From: a virus | Taxonomy: Duplodnaviria > Caudoviricetes | Strand: one strand, 5' to 3' | DNA: 36,105 nucleotides | Virus record (IMG/VR): IMGVR_UViG_3300037634_005834 | Coordinates: 1-36,105 of that record | Shown here: piece by piece, positions 8,222 through 21,100 of the stretch | Numbering within the stretch: the first letter of the stretch is position 1 | How the letters are laid out: the number at the start of each line of letters is the position of its first letter | Translations under genes and position numbers: made by a program | Notes under the pieces: generated by a model | What the model was told of the DNA's origin: nothing | Database searches by the model: none | Seen by the model: the letters and a program-made list of their open reading frames with translations, nothing else

Positions 8222-11119
8222 TTATATATTCGTATATGGATCATAATCCGCGGAGAAGCCCGATCTTACGGCACGAACATGGTCGGTTTCTATACAACGA
8301 GTATCGCGGAAGCCGGCGTTGTTGCCTACCGTAAAATATGTTATTTTAAGCGACACATCATCGTAAGGGACAACACTAATTCCCAACATTTCGGCAATCT
8401 CCTCCGAAGAATAGTCTTCGGGGTTATCAACCTTGGTTCGTGAGGCAACGCCCCCGGACCATTTCCCGGTGAGTGACACCTTCGCGGAAACCTCTGTTTT
8501 GTTTCCGGCAACATCCACATATTTCATCTCATACAGATACCATTTATTATCGTCGCCGCCAGAGCATTTTTCCATATTGCCGCCTATGGGCTCACGATCA
8601 TCCTCATTGATGAGTTTAATAACAAATGGGCGCTTCGGCTCTTCGGGCACAGTTAGCACAAATTGGGAACTAATTCCTTGTTGGGGGGCCGTAAAAGTGG
8701 GTTCGGTATAAATAACACCATATGGTTCATCAGTGTTTCCGGAAGAATTGTAAGGAAGTATATTTGTGAAACTTTTAAGGCTCGGGGATTTATAAGCCAA
8801 TTCACCAATTTCGCTCCCGATTTGGGCAGTTGAGGCGTAATTGTCCTCATAAAATTTTTCCATCTCTTTGTAAAATTTATCAAGCGCGAAGAACGTTCCA
8901 TTAAAAGGATTAATGTTCATCATGGTAGACTGCGCATCTTCAATAAGAGCAGTCATATCGCCCCCAAAAACATTATATAATAAATCTCTATGTAGATTAT
9001 AGATAATGGGGGCGCGGTACCACGGGGCGCGAGTTTCATCGGCCGAGTATATGGCGTCCATTCCTTCAATAAAAAAATCGTTAAAGAGTCCTGTTGTTTC
9101 GTCATATGAAAACAAGGCCGTGGCTCTATCTCTGTAATCTCGCAAGTTCTTCATGGTGTTTTTGTATTTGGCAACAAATTCTTTTAATATTTCTATTGAA
9201 TTATCTCTAATTACTACTGTTGTGGTATAATAATCGATGTTGTTGTCTGCCCTGTTCATTGCCACATCATCATCCATAAAATCTTGAAACTCAAAACAAA
9301 CTAAACGATAATCTTTTATTCTGTTGGACCACGATCTTTTCTGAACTGGATTAAAGTTTCTCACCATTAAATAAGGGTGTTCTTCTTCGGTAAGAGCTAA
9401 TGCGGCGGCTCCTTGCGCAGTGCTCACCTCCCCATAAAAGCCAGGAGAGATCACAGCCAGTGACCGGTCGTTACTATTATTTTTAATGCTAGTAGTAATC
9501 GTTGCGGGGAAGCTCCTTTCAGATTTAAAATTCGCAATAATCTCAACAGACTGGCTCGTGAAATCATCCGGGTTGGGGGCAGAGTCGGCTTCAGAAGTTT
9601 GCTTGGAAGAATCTATCGTCAACTCCGGTCTTGTGATCTTAGCAGTCGAAATCCCAAAATGCTTATAGTCAATGGGGATCCCATATCTGATCAATCTTTC
9701 TATATCAACTATTTGGTTAACATCTGCTACCTTACGAAGTGCCTTTTCGTAATCAAAAAAGAAATAACCAAAATTCTTAACAATTGCATCAAACGCATGA
9801 TCGTTCCCGAAAGTTACTTCCGATAGTGTATTGGCTACTGTCGTATAATCAATGCCGGCAGCATCGTCACTGTCATATTCTGCCGTTTGAAAGGGGTTGG
9901 CGCCAGGAAAAGAATACATAGTAATCCGACTCAAATAGCCACTGCTATATAAATAATTAGCGTCAGTGCGCATTGCATCTGGAACCCAACTAGGTTCTTC
10001 GCGAGTATAGACGGGAGGATCGCGTTCATCAAAAAGCTTTGGGTTGCGAACAATCTTTTGAAAAAGTGTAGAGTTTAATTTAATGTCCCTGTTAGTAGAA
10101 AATATTCTCTTTCTAAAGCGGGCATAGAGTTTCCCCACCGGCGTTGTGCGAGACTTACTTGGAAACATTTTTCTCAGCGCATTCAACTGGTATATAAGAT
10201 CTGGCTTGTCTCCACGCGTGGCCAAAACCGAGGAAATGGCATCTTTCATCCTCTTTAGTTGACTATGCTCTTCTGCGACAAATTGCTCAAGCAAGTTATT
10301 AAAATATCCAACTATTGTAGTATGGGTGATGGTGTTGGCTTTGTGATAGGTGTGACTAATAGACTGAAGGGGAGTTTTAGCATAAAGCACACCATCAGAA
10401 TCAAAAAACTTAACCTCGAATGGATTAACTAATTTTCCGCGGGCAATTACTGGCTCATACGCAATGTCGCCTGTTTGCTTATCAAAAAATGATTCATTTT
10501 GTAACTCAGAAACAAGTTCGTCCTGATCGTTGAAGTAGTTAAAGGTACTGCTAAAAGCAAAAATACGAAGAGTCTTTACGGTCTCCCAGGGCGCCATGGC
10601 ACTCACTCTTTCCACTTCAATATTAAATTTTATAATCTTATCTCCGCTTTCGTCATAAAAAACGTCAGTGGGAGAATAGGTAACCTCTGTGTCGGTTTCA
10701 TTATCAGAAAGAAAGCTGTTGAGATCTACGGGTGCCAAATAAACGTCCGATGCATAATCATACTCAGTTCCGTCGCGACGAAAACGGTCATAGTAAGAAA
10801 AAACATTCTCTTCACCGCCTATGACGGCTCGGGCCCCTTCGGCAGCAGCAGAATCAGAAGCGGTAAAGACGAAAAGAAAATAAAAATTCAATTCACTGTT
10901 GAGTCGTTCTAAAACTTTATTTATGTCTTCGTTGTCGTCAACCTTAAAAAATAAAGCTCCTCCTATTGTGCATTTCGGCCAATCATCGGAGGTATAGCCC
11001 AAATCTTCAGTAGACCCGACCCAGCCCGAGGTGCTTTCAAGATGTATGCTCTCAATATATGGCGTTGGCAAATATTTGCCAAAGTTGTCCATAGTGTCGC
11101 CTTGGTAAATTAGGGGCAT
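8222..11119 (-). CDS. Large hypothetical (probably virion) protein, 965 aa
   Basis: Long ORF inside the structural operon with a 10-nt overlap with the upstream gene. No family recognised. Confidence 0.6.
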   Translation of the reverse strand: MPLIYQGDTMDNFGKYLPTPYIESIHLESTSGWVGSTEDLGYTSDDWPKCTIGGALFFKVDDNEDINKVLERLNSELNFYFLFVFTASDSAAAEGARAVIGGEENVFSYYDRFRRDGTEYDYASDVYLAPVDLNSFLSDNETDTEVTYSPTDVFYDESGDKIIKFNIEVERVSAMAPWETVKTLRIFAFSSTFNYFNDQDELVSELQNESFFDKQTGDIAYEPVIARGKLVNPFEVKFFDSDGVLYAKTPLQSISHTYHKANTITHTTIVGYFNNLLEQFVAEEHSQLKRMKDAISSVLATRGDKPDLIYQLNALRKMFPSKSRTTPVGKLYARFRKRIFSTNRDIKLNSTLFQKIVRNPKLFDERDPPVYTREEPSWVPDAMRTDANYLYSSGYLSRITMYSFPGANPFQTAEYDSDDAAGIDYTTVANTLSEVTFGNDHAFDAIVKNFGYFFFDYEKALRKVADVNQIVDIERLIRYGIPIDYKHFGISTAKITRPELTIDSSKQTSEADSAPNPDDFTSQSVEIIANFKSERSFPATITTSIKNNSNDRSLAVISPGFYGEVSTAQGAAALALTEEEHPYLMVRNFNPVQKRSWSNRIKDYRLVCFEFQDFMDDDVAMNRADNNIDYYTTTVVIRDNSIEILKEFVAKYKNTMKNLRDYRDRATALFSYDETTGLFNDFFIEGMDAIYSADETRAPWYRAPIIYNLHRDLLYNVFGGDMTALIEDAQSTMMNINPFNGTFFALDKFYKEMEKFYEDNYASTAQIGSEIGELAYKSPSLKSFTNILPYNSSGNTDEPYGVIYTEPTFTAPQQGISSQFVLTVPEEPKRPFVIKLINEDDREPIGGNMEKCSGGDDNKWYLYEMKYVDVAGNKTEVSAKVSLTGKWSGGVASRTKVDNPEDYSSEEIAEMLGISVVPYDDVSLKITYFTVGNNAGFRDTRCIETDHVRAVRSGFSADYDPYTNI

Positions 11120-12102
11120 ATATCGGGCTCCGTCACCGAACCATAGATATCATAATAAAGGGAATCGTCGGTGGTATCCCCACATTCAAAATCAAGATTT
11201 ACATAATAAGATTGCTTATTGACAGTTTGTACTGCTTGACATGCAAGTTGCTGATCAATATCTTTATCAGATAGTAAATCAAAGTAATATTCTACGGCGC
11301 CCGTCGTTAAAGTTTGTATTTGGTTTTTTTGAGGAGTAGGAGAAAGCATAATTCCATCTTTAATTTGAGGTTCGAAGCTTTCAAAATACTTTCTTATAAG
11401 AGTCTCGCTACCATTGGGACTAGTTAAGACTTCAAAAACCTCCATCTCAAAATTCTCTGTTAATATCTGTGTGTTGACTTCTTCGATATAAATCACTGGA
11501 TCGTTTTGCTCTAAAACAATAACTCTGTTATCTTTGAAATTTGGAGTGGTAAGATTAATACTCCTGGCGCCATCGGGATCAAAGTTTGGGGCCGTTTTCT
11601 TAATTTTTTTAACATATCTCGCGTCTATATCAATTTGTGGAATATTTTGATTGTTGGTTATATCTTTCGTAGCAGAACCACTAATAGTACTCTGAAGAGT
11701 AACAATCTTCCAAGATGGCGCCTGATTTGCATCGCCATCCAAATAGGCATCCCCAATCGCTCCATCAAATTTAAAAATATTTTCTCTGGGTCTGCTCTTG
11801 GCGGCAACATTTTTTAAATTGGAAAGATCTACGACGCCCCCCATTTCTGTTTTAGAGGTCTCTTCTACGCTTGCAAACAATGTCATACTGCTCAAATATT
11901 GAGTTTCATTCTTTATTCTGTTATGTACGTCATTCTGAGTTTCTGTGGTGGTGCCTTCGGTATATCGATTGTCATAAATTACATTATTGTCATAAAAAGA
12001 ATAAGATGCGGGCTTAAAATTACCGAGAGACAACAAATAACGACCATAAGTTGTTAATTGTAGATCCCAGACCTGTTCTTTCTTGTTTAGGAATGTTGCC
12101 AT
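11110..12102 (-). CDS. Virion structural protein with tail-fibre-attachment-like N-terminus; distant paralog of 2752..3756
   Basis: 330 aa. MATFLNKKEQVWDLQLTTYGRYLLSLGNFKPASYSFYDNNVIYD aligns by eye with MGFLDNSGDIILDAVLTDLGRQKMARGNFRITKFAIGDDEIDY. Confidence 0.6.
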   Translation of the reverse strand: MATFLNKKEQVWDLQLTTYGRYLLSLGNFKPASYSFYDNNVIYDNRYTEGTTTETQNDVHNRIKNETQYLSSMTLFASVEETSKTEMGGVVDLSNLKNVAAKSRPRENIFKFDGAIGDAYLDGDANQAPSWKIVTLQSTISGSATKDITNNQNIPQIDIDARYVKKIKKTAPNFDPDGARSINLTTPNFKDNRVIVLEQNDPVIYIEEVNTQILTENFEMEVFEVLTSPNGSETLIRKYFESFEPQIKDGIMLSPTPQKNQIQTLTTGAVEYYFDLLSDKDIDQQLACQAVQTVNKQSYYVNLDFECGDTTDDSLYYDIYGSVTEPDICP

Positions 12103-12118
12103 TTTAAATATTTACTCT

Positions 12119-12135
12119 TAATAGTTTTCATTTTA
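12119..12135 (-). promoter_or_regulatory. Shared intergenic motif (TAAAATGAAAACTATTA), candidate late promoter
   Basis: Matches the motifs at 3777-3794 and 2729-2751; followed by ATATTTA close to the ATG. Confidence 0.45.
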
Positions 12136-12138
12136 TAT

Positions 12139-15100
12139 TCACAATTCATCAGATTTCACCGTTACATCGCCGCCGGCGCTCGTGTCGGTGGGTTCTTGAA
12201 ATTCGTCAGCGATGTCGAGGCGCCTTGCGGGTTTGTATAGTACTTCTGCATCCATCTTAATTAGCTCAATAACAGATAAATAATCATAAGGCCAGTTAAA
12301 TCCAAGCTTGTATTGAGTATCCCCCAATAAAGTTTCTTGGGTGGCGCCAGCGTGGGGTCCGGGTTCGCGTCGGCCGGACGAAACTACCAAATCAGAATAT
12401 TGTGTCGTTGCCCTTTGTTTAACTTTGAATACCATCCAACGGAGGTTATCATTGTCCATCAGGTTTTTTGCAGCAAGTATTTCCGAATCTCCTAATTTGT
12501 GTGCTATTTGGCTTGATTTTAGCCTAATTTTCTGGTATTCGCGTGGAGCCAAATTTTGCCATATATATGAAAGATCATCTCTGTCTAAGGTATATTTAAA
12601 CTCAAAAATGTACATCGCCATTGGATTAATATCTTTATTATTTAAGAAGTCAAATTGCGGAGGAAGCACATAGCGATCCATCTTTTGTATCAAATCTCTG
12701 ATAGATTGGCCAGCAGCTTTCAAAGAATCTCCATCGCGAGAACCAACTGTTGTAGCTGACTTTATTCTCTCACGCGGAATTGTGATAAATCGCTTTCTTT
12801 GGGTTCGAACAGAAGTGGGTGCCGTTGCTGGACTTTCAACACTCTCTAAAATATAGGGTACCGCCACAACTGCTTCTCTAATAACTCTTTTTTCTGCTAA
12901 TTCGCCTAACCTCTTCGTATCTTGTTCAAAATTAAATATACTTTCTTCTGTGGGACCTATTAGTGATTTCATATTTTGATACAAATGTGAAGCACTGGCT
13001 GGAGCCAGGGGGGCGAAATTGTTATATCTAGAGGCTCTATTTATCACCTTATAATGGTTTTTCAACCAGTTTATTGGAATGTCTCCAATTTCTAAAAATA
13101 TGCCCTTATCTGCCGTTTCCGGAATAACACCAAACTGATGCCACATTCCTCGTGGCACGGATTCGGTTCCGAATGATTCAGGTAACGTAAGAGTGCCCTC
13201 GGAGGCGCTTATAGGGTGAACGCCCCTATTATTAAAGTTTAGCATGGGGGTTTCCCATTTGGGCTGAATCACCCACTTTTTACCAATAATCTCGTTGGTC
13301 AGGATCGGTGGTCGGCCGCTTTGAGATTCGCGCTTGTAAACATTTTCAACACCAAAGCAGTTGATACTTGAATTTATTTGCATTGCGTTTTTATTGACAT
13401 TGTTGCCATCATAAGGAATTTGAGGTAGGGTACCCGCGGAGTTCGTGGGATATGAATATATAAGCTGAGAACCAGTATAGCCAAGGTTAATGGGGCGCGC
13501 GGCGCCGGGCGTTGAAGCCGACATGCCGGGATCGCAGCGCCAATAAACAGTTTTAATCTCTGAAAGTATGCTTTCTACCGTATCATATGTTGTGCCTTTC
13601 GACGGTCGGAAAATTAGATCTAGCCACGCTTCGCCATTATAATAAGGGGGAGTAAACGACCAATTAAATCCGTTTAAACTATCGGCAGACCCGGTGGTCG
13701 TTTCCAGATTAGCTGCGGCGGGGCCAATGCGGCGGCCTGTGACGGGAGGTCCAAATGCCGTAGTCCGACTATACATTGTAAAGCTTTCTTGAAAGTTCGG
13801 GTTGTGTTGGGGATCTTGTGGAAGAGGAAATACGCCCTCACCAAATGCATTTTGTGTTGGTTCTCCGGACTGAGTAAGCAGTACCTTAGCCCCGAACATA
13901 CCAAACGCGGCGTTGGTTCCATCTCCACCATATTCGTTTTCATAGGTGCGCATGCCTCGCGTTGATCGATATATTTTTAAGCGGGCACCATATACAGAAT
14001 TGGCCTCGAACACCGGGGATTGGTGCTGTGTGGCTATCATATTCGATTCAAGTCTGCTGAAGTTGCCCTGTTTTAAGAAAAATGAACCAACTTGTCCAAA
14101 AAAGTTTTCTGCCATCAAGGGATATAAACGATCTCCCACTGCTCCGTTCCAAGAAGCTGTAACATTTAATGAGGCTGACGGGTGTGGCTCCATATCAATA
14201 AACTCAATATTCGGGAGATATTTCTGTGGTTTAATAATCGCCTCAAAAGGAACTCTATAGTCCCAATATTTTCCTCCCGTATATCCTACGGTACCAGCGA
14301 ATATACTTGCTGTATTGGCAGCAGAAATCATCCAATTGTTTGTGCCGTAGGCTCCAAAATAATTTTTACCTAACTTCTCCGGAGAGGTAAGCACGGGATA
14401 GTCCACCGCAATTCCAGACTTAATTGAGTTATAAAGAACGCCTGGGGCAAATAGAGGCTGCATGAGGGGCCTCAGACCGGCATTGTTTCGGCGGCTGGGG
14501 CCGCCAGTATAATCCGACACAAACCCCTTACCATACGACTTAGAGAATTGAGTTATTAAATCTAAAGTTCTTTGTGCTGGATAAAAACCCTTATAAGGAT
14601 TAAATCTGATGGCGGCTTTACACACCAATCTGATTTCTTGGGGGTCCAAATCTGTCGCATCTGCAATGTTGGAAAATCTATTCATAAATTCCGAATTGGA
14701 GTAGTCTTTATAGAAAGAGGCGGTAGTGCTGTTTATGTTGGTACCAGGAATTTCAAATGTATTGCTTTTGCCGCGATTCAATAATCCATAATTTATATAT
14801 TGTCCTACGTGTTCACTAATTCTAAATTCAGGAATAATTGAATAATCTTTGGCCATTAATTTCAAATCAGCTTTAAAGTCAGCATAGCTATTAAACCAAG
14901 GCGCCGACGCGGATGCCTCAAATGTAGCAGCAGGGTTTCCAAAAGCATCAAGAGTGTCCGTATCTACCGTAACAATTCCAGCCTGCGTGCCGGCTTCCCA
15001 CAAAGCTTCTCCGGCATATATTTGAATAGGATCAGAAAATGGGTTACTTAAACTAGCCGTCTCGGGAATGGGGATTCCCGAGGGAGAGACAACCGATAGC

Positions 15101-18100
15101 GGAGATTGCAATAGCTGTTTTCTGGCGTATAGTGCGCCAGGTCGGAGACTCTGCCGCGAATTGGCCGCACCGCCGGCGGCGCCGGTGTGAATCAGCACAT
15201 AATTGTTTTGTAGCTCACCAGCTTTGCCGCCACTAATGAGATCGATGAACGGACTTCCTGTATCTAATAAGACCGGGCCGGTTCTTGTAAGAAAATCTTC
15301 TTGAGCATCTAGTGGCCAGCAACTTTGTGAGACAGAAATATTAAAGGAGTTGGCCGTATTAGCCCCCAGGTCCACCCTATCGGTATTGGTGTTTCTCCAA
15401 AACTTATTATCGAATCCTGTTCTCTCCAAAGAGCGGGAAAGATATGCATTTCTTTCTGACGGGAAAAGATTTTCTGTATAATGAATCCAATTGAATGCAT
15501 AAAATCCATTATTGTTGACCAATCGAACAATTTGGTTAAACGGGGTTCTGTTTATCTTAGTAGTTGGATACTGTAGATTGTTTAAAGCGGCCTCATTAAA
15601 GTGGATTCTGTCATTGTTATACGTTGTCTGAAGCGATACGTTTTCTCCCGCAACGTTGAGATTCATTGCCACCGTTCGGCCTCTTGTAGAAACAGGCGGA
15701 AGTCTATAGCTGTTAATTGTCGTCGGATGGGTACTTCGATTGGCTACCGTTAAGATGTTTTCTTTTTTATGTTTTAGTAAAACGGGATGATCGGCGTTTC
15801 TTGCGCTCTTCCAGTTCCAGCCATATGTGTTTCCTCTTTGGGTCATCAGGAGGTTGAAATAGTTGGTCTCCAATTCGCTATAGTCTCTATTGACTAAATA
15901 TTTATTCAAGAAAGTGCGATTAAGATATATATTCTCACTTGTAGACGGATCCGTCTTTGTGGATAGCGAATAACCCAAAGTATTGGGTGAGCCAACCACA
16001 TCGTCTACAGGATCGTGTATGAGTATATTTAAAGGAAATGTCGGCTGCTTGGGTCCAAGGGCGGCCAATGTTACGGCTTTATAAATAGTTACCTGACTCT
16101 CCGTCACATAGTTGAAATATGCCACATACCCATCCGTAGAACTTGATCGCAAGCCCCGGAGAGGTCCATAAACAGGAGCCATGCCGTAATACGTAATACT
16201 ATTACTGTCTGGTGCTAGCGAATTTGTCACCCAAGAATATTGTCTATCATTTCTTGGAATCTGATGTTGAACATAAAAATTATCATACTTAGAAGATGTG
16301 GCAAAGGTGCCAAGGCCACCATCAACCATATAAGGTCTTCGGTTTCTGTTTACTTTAAACATTGCCGGTAATTGATCATACGAGGCGCCGGGGTTAGTTA
16401 CTGATAATGAGTCTCTTCCAAAGCGGGCCGCGTGGCGCGCACAATGGGCGTTCAATCCAAAATCTTGGCCATGAATATCAGATACTCGAATTCCCGTTGT
16501 TCCCTCTCCAACTGCCTCCGACGTAGATCCAGAAGGCGCCTGTAAAGGTCTAAGAACGGCCCAATTGCGATAAGACAAGGTATTATAAACCGATAATTCT
16601 GCCGCTCGAATATCGCTATATCCAATACCCATGGTATCAATCCCGCCAGGGGCGGCGAAACGTCCAATTATAACTGATTTATTTGTGGTGCCCGTCAAAT
16701 AGGCAACCGAATAATCGGGAATAAACTGGAAATGTCCCTGATCGGTTCTATGAACATCTAAAATGGATCTTGCCTGTGATGCCGACGGCGTTTCCGTTAT
16801 TTGGGCTGGAAGTGATGGCTGATTATCTACAAAGTGCCTTGGGTTTGAATATGCCCCAACGGTGCTGACGACTTGCCAATTATTTGTGTAATTCCCCAAA
16901 ACTGAACCGGTTGTAGATTTAATATTTCTAATATTGACCGGTCGTTTAGCAACAAAGCCACGATAATAAACTGCTTTTTGGTTGACGGTAGAAGGGTACG
17001 ATGCAGTATTCGGGAAAGGATAGTCGGCGCCGACCATTCCAAGGGCGCCCGTAACGTCCGGTGTAGACCCCGTGATGGTACCCAATAGTAGTTTCCATGC
17101 TTCTGGTCGGTTTGTATAATTGTCGGTACCAGTGTTCAAGGGAATATGTCGCGACTGATGGCCACCGACAGCGAAATTAGTAAACGCTCCTTGCATCGGA
17201 ACTTCCATCTCTGGCCCATAAACATCGTTGTGCAAATTGGTGATCTCGATGGAATCGGTGATATTGTCGACCACTTCTTTATTGTATCCAGACACAACCG
17301 AAGAACTAAGAATATTAAAAGGGAGGGCGTAAGTAGAATCGGTATTTGAATACCCCAAACCATCTTGCCAGTCGCGACCATGATTAACCTTAAAAACCCT
17401 ATTGGTCTTTTTCAATTCGGGAGGCGACGTAACGTCTGTGGTGTCTGGAAGGGGCTCTATATCCTTGGCGAAAAACACCAATACATTTTCTGGAATCGTT
17501 TCAGAGCCGGTTATGAAGATGGGGCCGGCCGGGTAAAGAGCGTTATAAGTAAAGTGAATATTTTTAGTATCGGTGAAGTTAACGCCGCCGCCATATTCTT
17601 GTCTTCTTAGAACTTGCAGCTTATACGGGGCGGCTAATTTATTTAATACAAATGTACTCTCGTTGTAAGTTGTGCGAACGCCACCAACATAAGAAGTTAA
17701 AATGGCTGCTGATTGTTCATTGACACTCCCTTTCGTAAATTTAATATTATTTCTATTACAATCTATATCACCATCACCAGAAGATATAGCCGGAGTTTGT
17801 CGTAGTGGGCGCTCAAGCCACCATTGAGAATTTTCCTTTTCCAAATTGGAAACTGGGTGGTGGTTAAGCCTCCAATTGTATGTTAGCTCATTAATTCCCA
17901 ATATTGGTGTCGCGGCAACTTCAAATGGAGAAAGTGTGCCAAGAGTAGGAAATATTGATCTATATTTGTTTCTCTCTAAAACATGACTCTCAATCGTATT
18001 CAACACATCGGGCACAAACCCAGAAGAGACCGGTATCAATTGAGAAATTATTTCAGTTAGAGCGTCGTCAAACCACTTGTAATAAGTAATATACTTCTCA

Positions 18101-21100
18101 ACATCTGTGACTGTTGTAACTCTACGAAAGAAAATTTCTCTAAGATGTTCCAACATCTTATATCTTTCGCGATAGCGATTCACAGGTTCACCAATGAGAT
18201 TATTAAAGTCAATAACACCAGCAAAAAATGTTAGCATTTCTTCAGAAATAGCGCCATATAGGCTTTTTTCAAGAACATAGAAAAAGTCAGGAACAGTTTG
18301 AGAAACCGGCAATCCAAAAACCTTCTCATCTTCAGACAAAATGCGAATCATTTCTGTGGATGTTGGCATTTCTGGATCCACAAATTTAAAAGAGTTAACC
18401 AATCGGTTGTCTATAACAGAGGTTGACGAAGTGGCGAATCCATAACCATAACCCGTATGCTGATAACCTGATATTTTGCCAAGCCATCCATAGTTGTCCC
18501 TCAGTGTTGAGGAGCCGGAGCTAATGTCGGTTACATAAAAATTGCCAGTGGCATCCGAGCCGGTCACATTGTCAAAGTTCCAATTTAGCGCCAGGGTGTT
18601 CCAATTAGAAAGTTCTTCGCCGGCACTTCCGGATTCTAATGGCGAAATACTCTGATAAGAACCAGAAATGCCGGCATTATTAATATCAGCCATATGCTGA
18701 TCTAAGGCCGCATCCTTTAAATATTTTGTCCAATATCGAACTCCGCTAAACCATGCGTCTGATTTTTGTAGAATGGCGCCGGTAATGTTTGTTCTTTGGG
18801 CGCCCGCATATACTCTCTTGGGTGCTCTTAAGAAGTTGCTCCCCACGGCTTGAGTCATTGTGCCAGATACCACAAAGCTATCCTGTACGCTGCCCAGGAG
18901 AGTATTAATTCCTCTAAAAATAACATCGTAGTTATAGACGTTAGAGCCGGTTACAGTACGAGCTACGGGATAATTGCTTGGCTTAATCCGGACAGATAGA
19001 TTCCATCTATCATTATCATAAACATCAAAAAATAAACTACTTGTAAGTGTCGGTATGGGAAAGGGCGTTACCGAAGACGTTAACTTAAAATATACATTTT
19101 TTGAATTGACTTCAGGCTTAACTGCAAATACCTGGAAGTTTGCAGAATCCGAAGGGGCATACGTAGTATTAGTGGGGTCTGTCGTGTTTGCTTGGTGCAT
19201 CCCAAACAAAGAGGTAGTCAAAAAATCGCGGTTAACCGGATCGTCTGCCTCATTATAACTTGGAAATGTTACGTCTGCCTCGGTCGTCATCCCATATGGG
19301 TCTTCCACTGCCGTCACAGAGGCGCCAGAACTTCCGGAAATATAACCACTTGATTGAGGGTTGGATGCGTCGGGATATTGAAATACTACTGCGGTCGTGT
19401 TATCGACATTATTAAAATTTAATGAATTTTTGCTAACGAGGGTTTGTTGCAAGTTGTTTTGGAGTGGATATGTATTGTTGTTTGAATATACACTCAGCTT
19501 TATTAGCCTATCGTCAAGATTAAAACACCTCAGAATATTCCTGATGGATCTCTCGGTTCCCTTGTTCTTATAGATGTTCGCGAGATTGTTATAAATATTT
19601 AAATATATTTGATTTTTGGTATCGTTTAAATCGCCCTCAAAAAGACTTGTGGAGTCTCTATTTAAGAATTTTTCTGATACGTCCGCATCCACAAATAATT
19701 CGGGCATGTACAAACCCAACGATTGTGGAAGGTGTTGGGAAAAGGGGAGCGGCTTATAAGAAGAACTGGTATAGGCAGGACTTTTAAATTTGGGAAGAGC
19801 CTCGATTTGAAGCCACAATTTATCAAAATATGCGCCGGCAATATGTGTTATTTTATTAAGTTCAGATAAATCGCCTTCGTCGTCCTCTCGAATCCAAGTG
19901 GGTATCAGAGACACAAAAGAGTTATTATTGGACGCATCATGATATGTGCCACTGTTCAATAAATTAGTTTTGAGCAACGCAACATCGGGATTTACAGAAT
20001 AAATGATAGGATCTTTATACTCTTTCGTTGCAGCACCCGCTAGCACAATTGCCGACTCAGTATTTCGAGAATTAGAACCATATCCCGTCCAGGCACCATT
20101 ACTAATTCTTCCACTATAATCTAATACTGAACTGTCGATACTTGCTGATAATGTAATGCCCTCGTTAAATTTGTAATAAACTCCCAAAGTTGTATTGCTA
20201 ATGTCTGTATTTGCACCACCCCACACATTAGTAAACCAGTTCCTTCCGATTTCCTTGGAGCTTCTGCCAACTTTCCAAAACCTAAACTCGTCAATAGACG
20301 CGCTTAATTTTCCGGCGGTCGCGACGGTGGAGGTTCCAGAAGGGGGAGTCAAAAGGGCGCCGATGCGTCCTACCATATTTGTAGATTTTAGTTCGTTAAG
20401 GGAACCAGCCCTGAGATTGGTGTCGTTTAAATATCCATTTACATATAATTTAGTTCGGAACGTGTTGGTACCCGAATTCTCTAATTTGATCGCGTAATGC
20501 TGAAAAGTATTCAGGGTTCCGGTTGTTAGTCCGGTTCCAATCGATTGCTGAAAAATTCCGGATGTTCCTGATTGCGCGGTAATTCTAAATGGGCTTCCGG
20601 TGGCGGCCCCCGTTAACTCAATTGTAATTCTTCCGTAATCGGCGGCTGATGAAAGTTCGTTGTTCCATACATCTAAGATTACCTCTTTCGAAGTTTTTGC
20701 GTTCGTAAACGCGGACTTCTTAAGCCAAAATTCAACAGTAACGCCTGCATCAAAATCAGATTTTAAGTTTGATTCGCGGGTACCCACGCCATAATCGGTA
20801 GGCAGCCCCTCCGGTTGATAAACATTTGTTTGGTAAAGATTCGCAGATTGATATTTGTCATTGTGGGGATTATTGAAGGCATCTGCCAAAACACCGTAAG
20901 ACGACGAATGTGGTCCCCCATAAAACGTAATATACTCCAGAGTATCTGAGAGTCCATAACCATCCGCCAAACTGCCGACGCGGGATCCCCACCCATCGGC
21001 GCTCAACAAAACATACCCATTCGTTCTGGGGTATAGGTCATTAAAGATATATTTTTCGATATCTAATAAATTATTATAAAATTCATTGATTTCGGCATCG

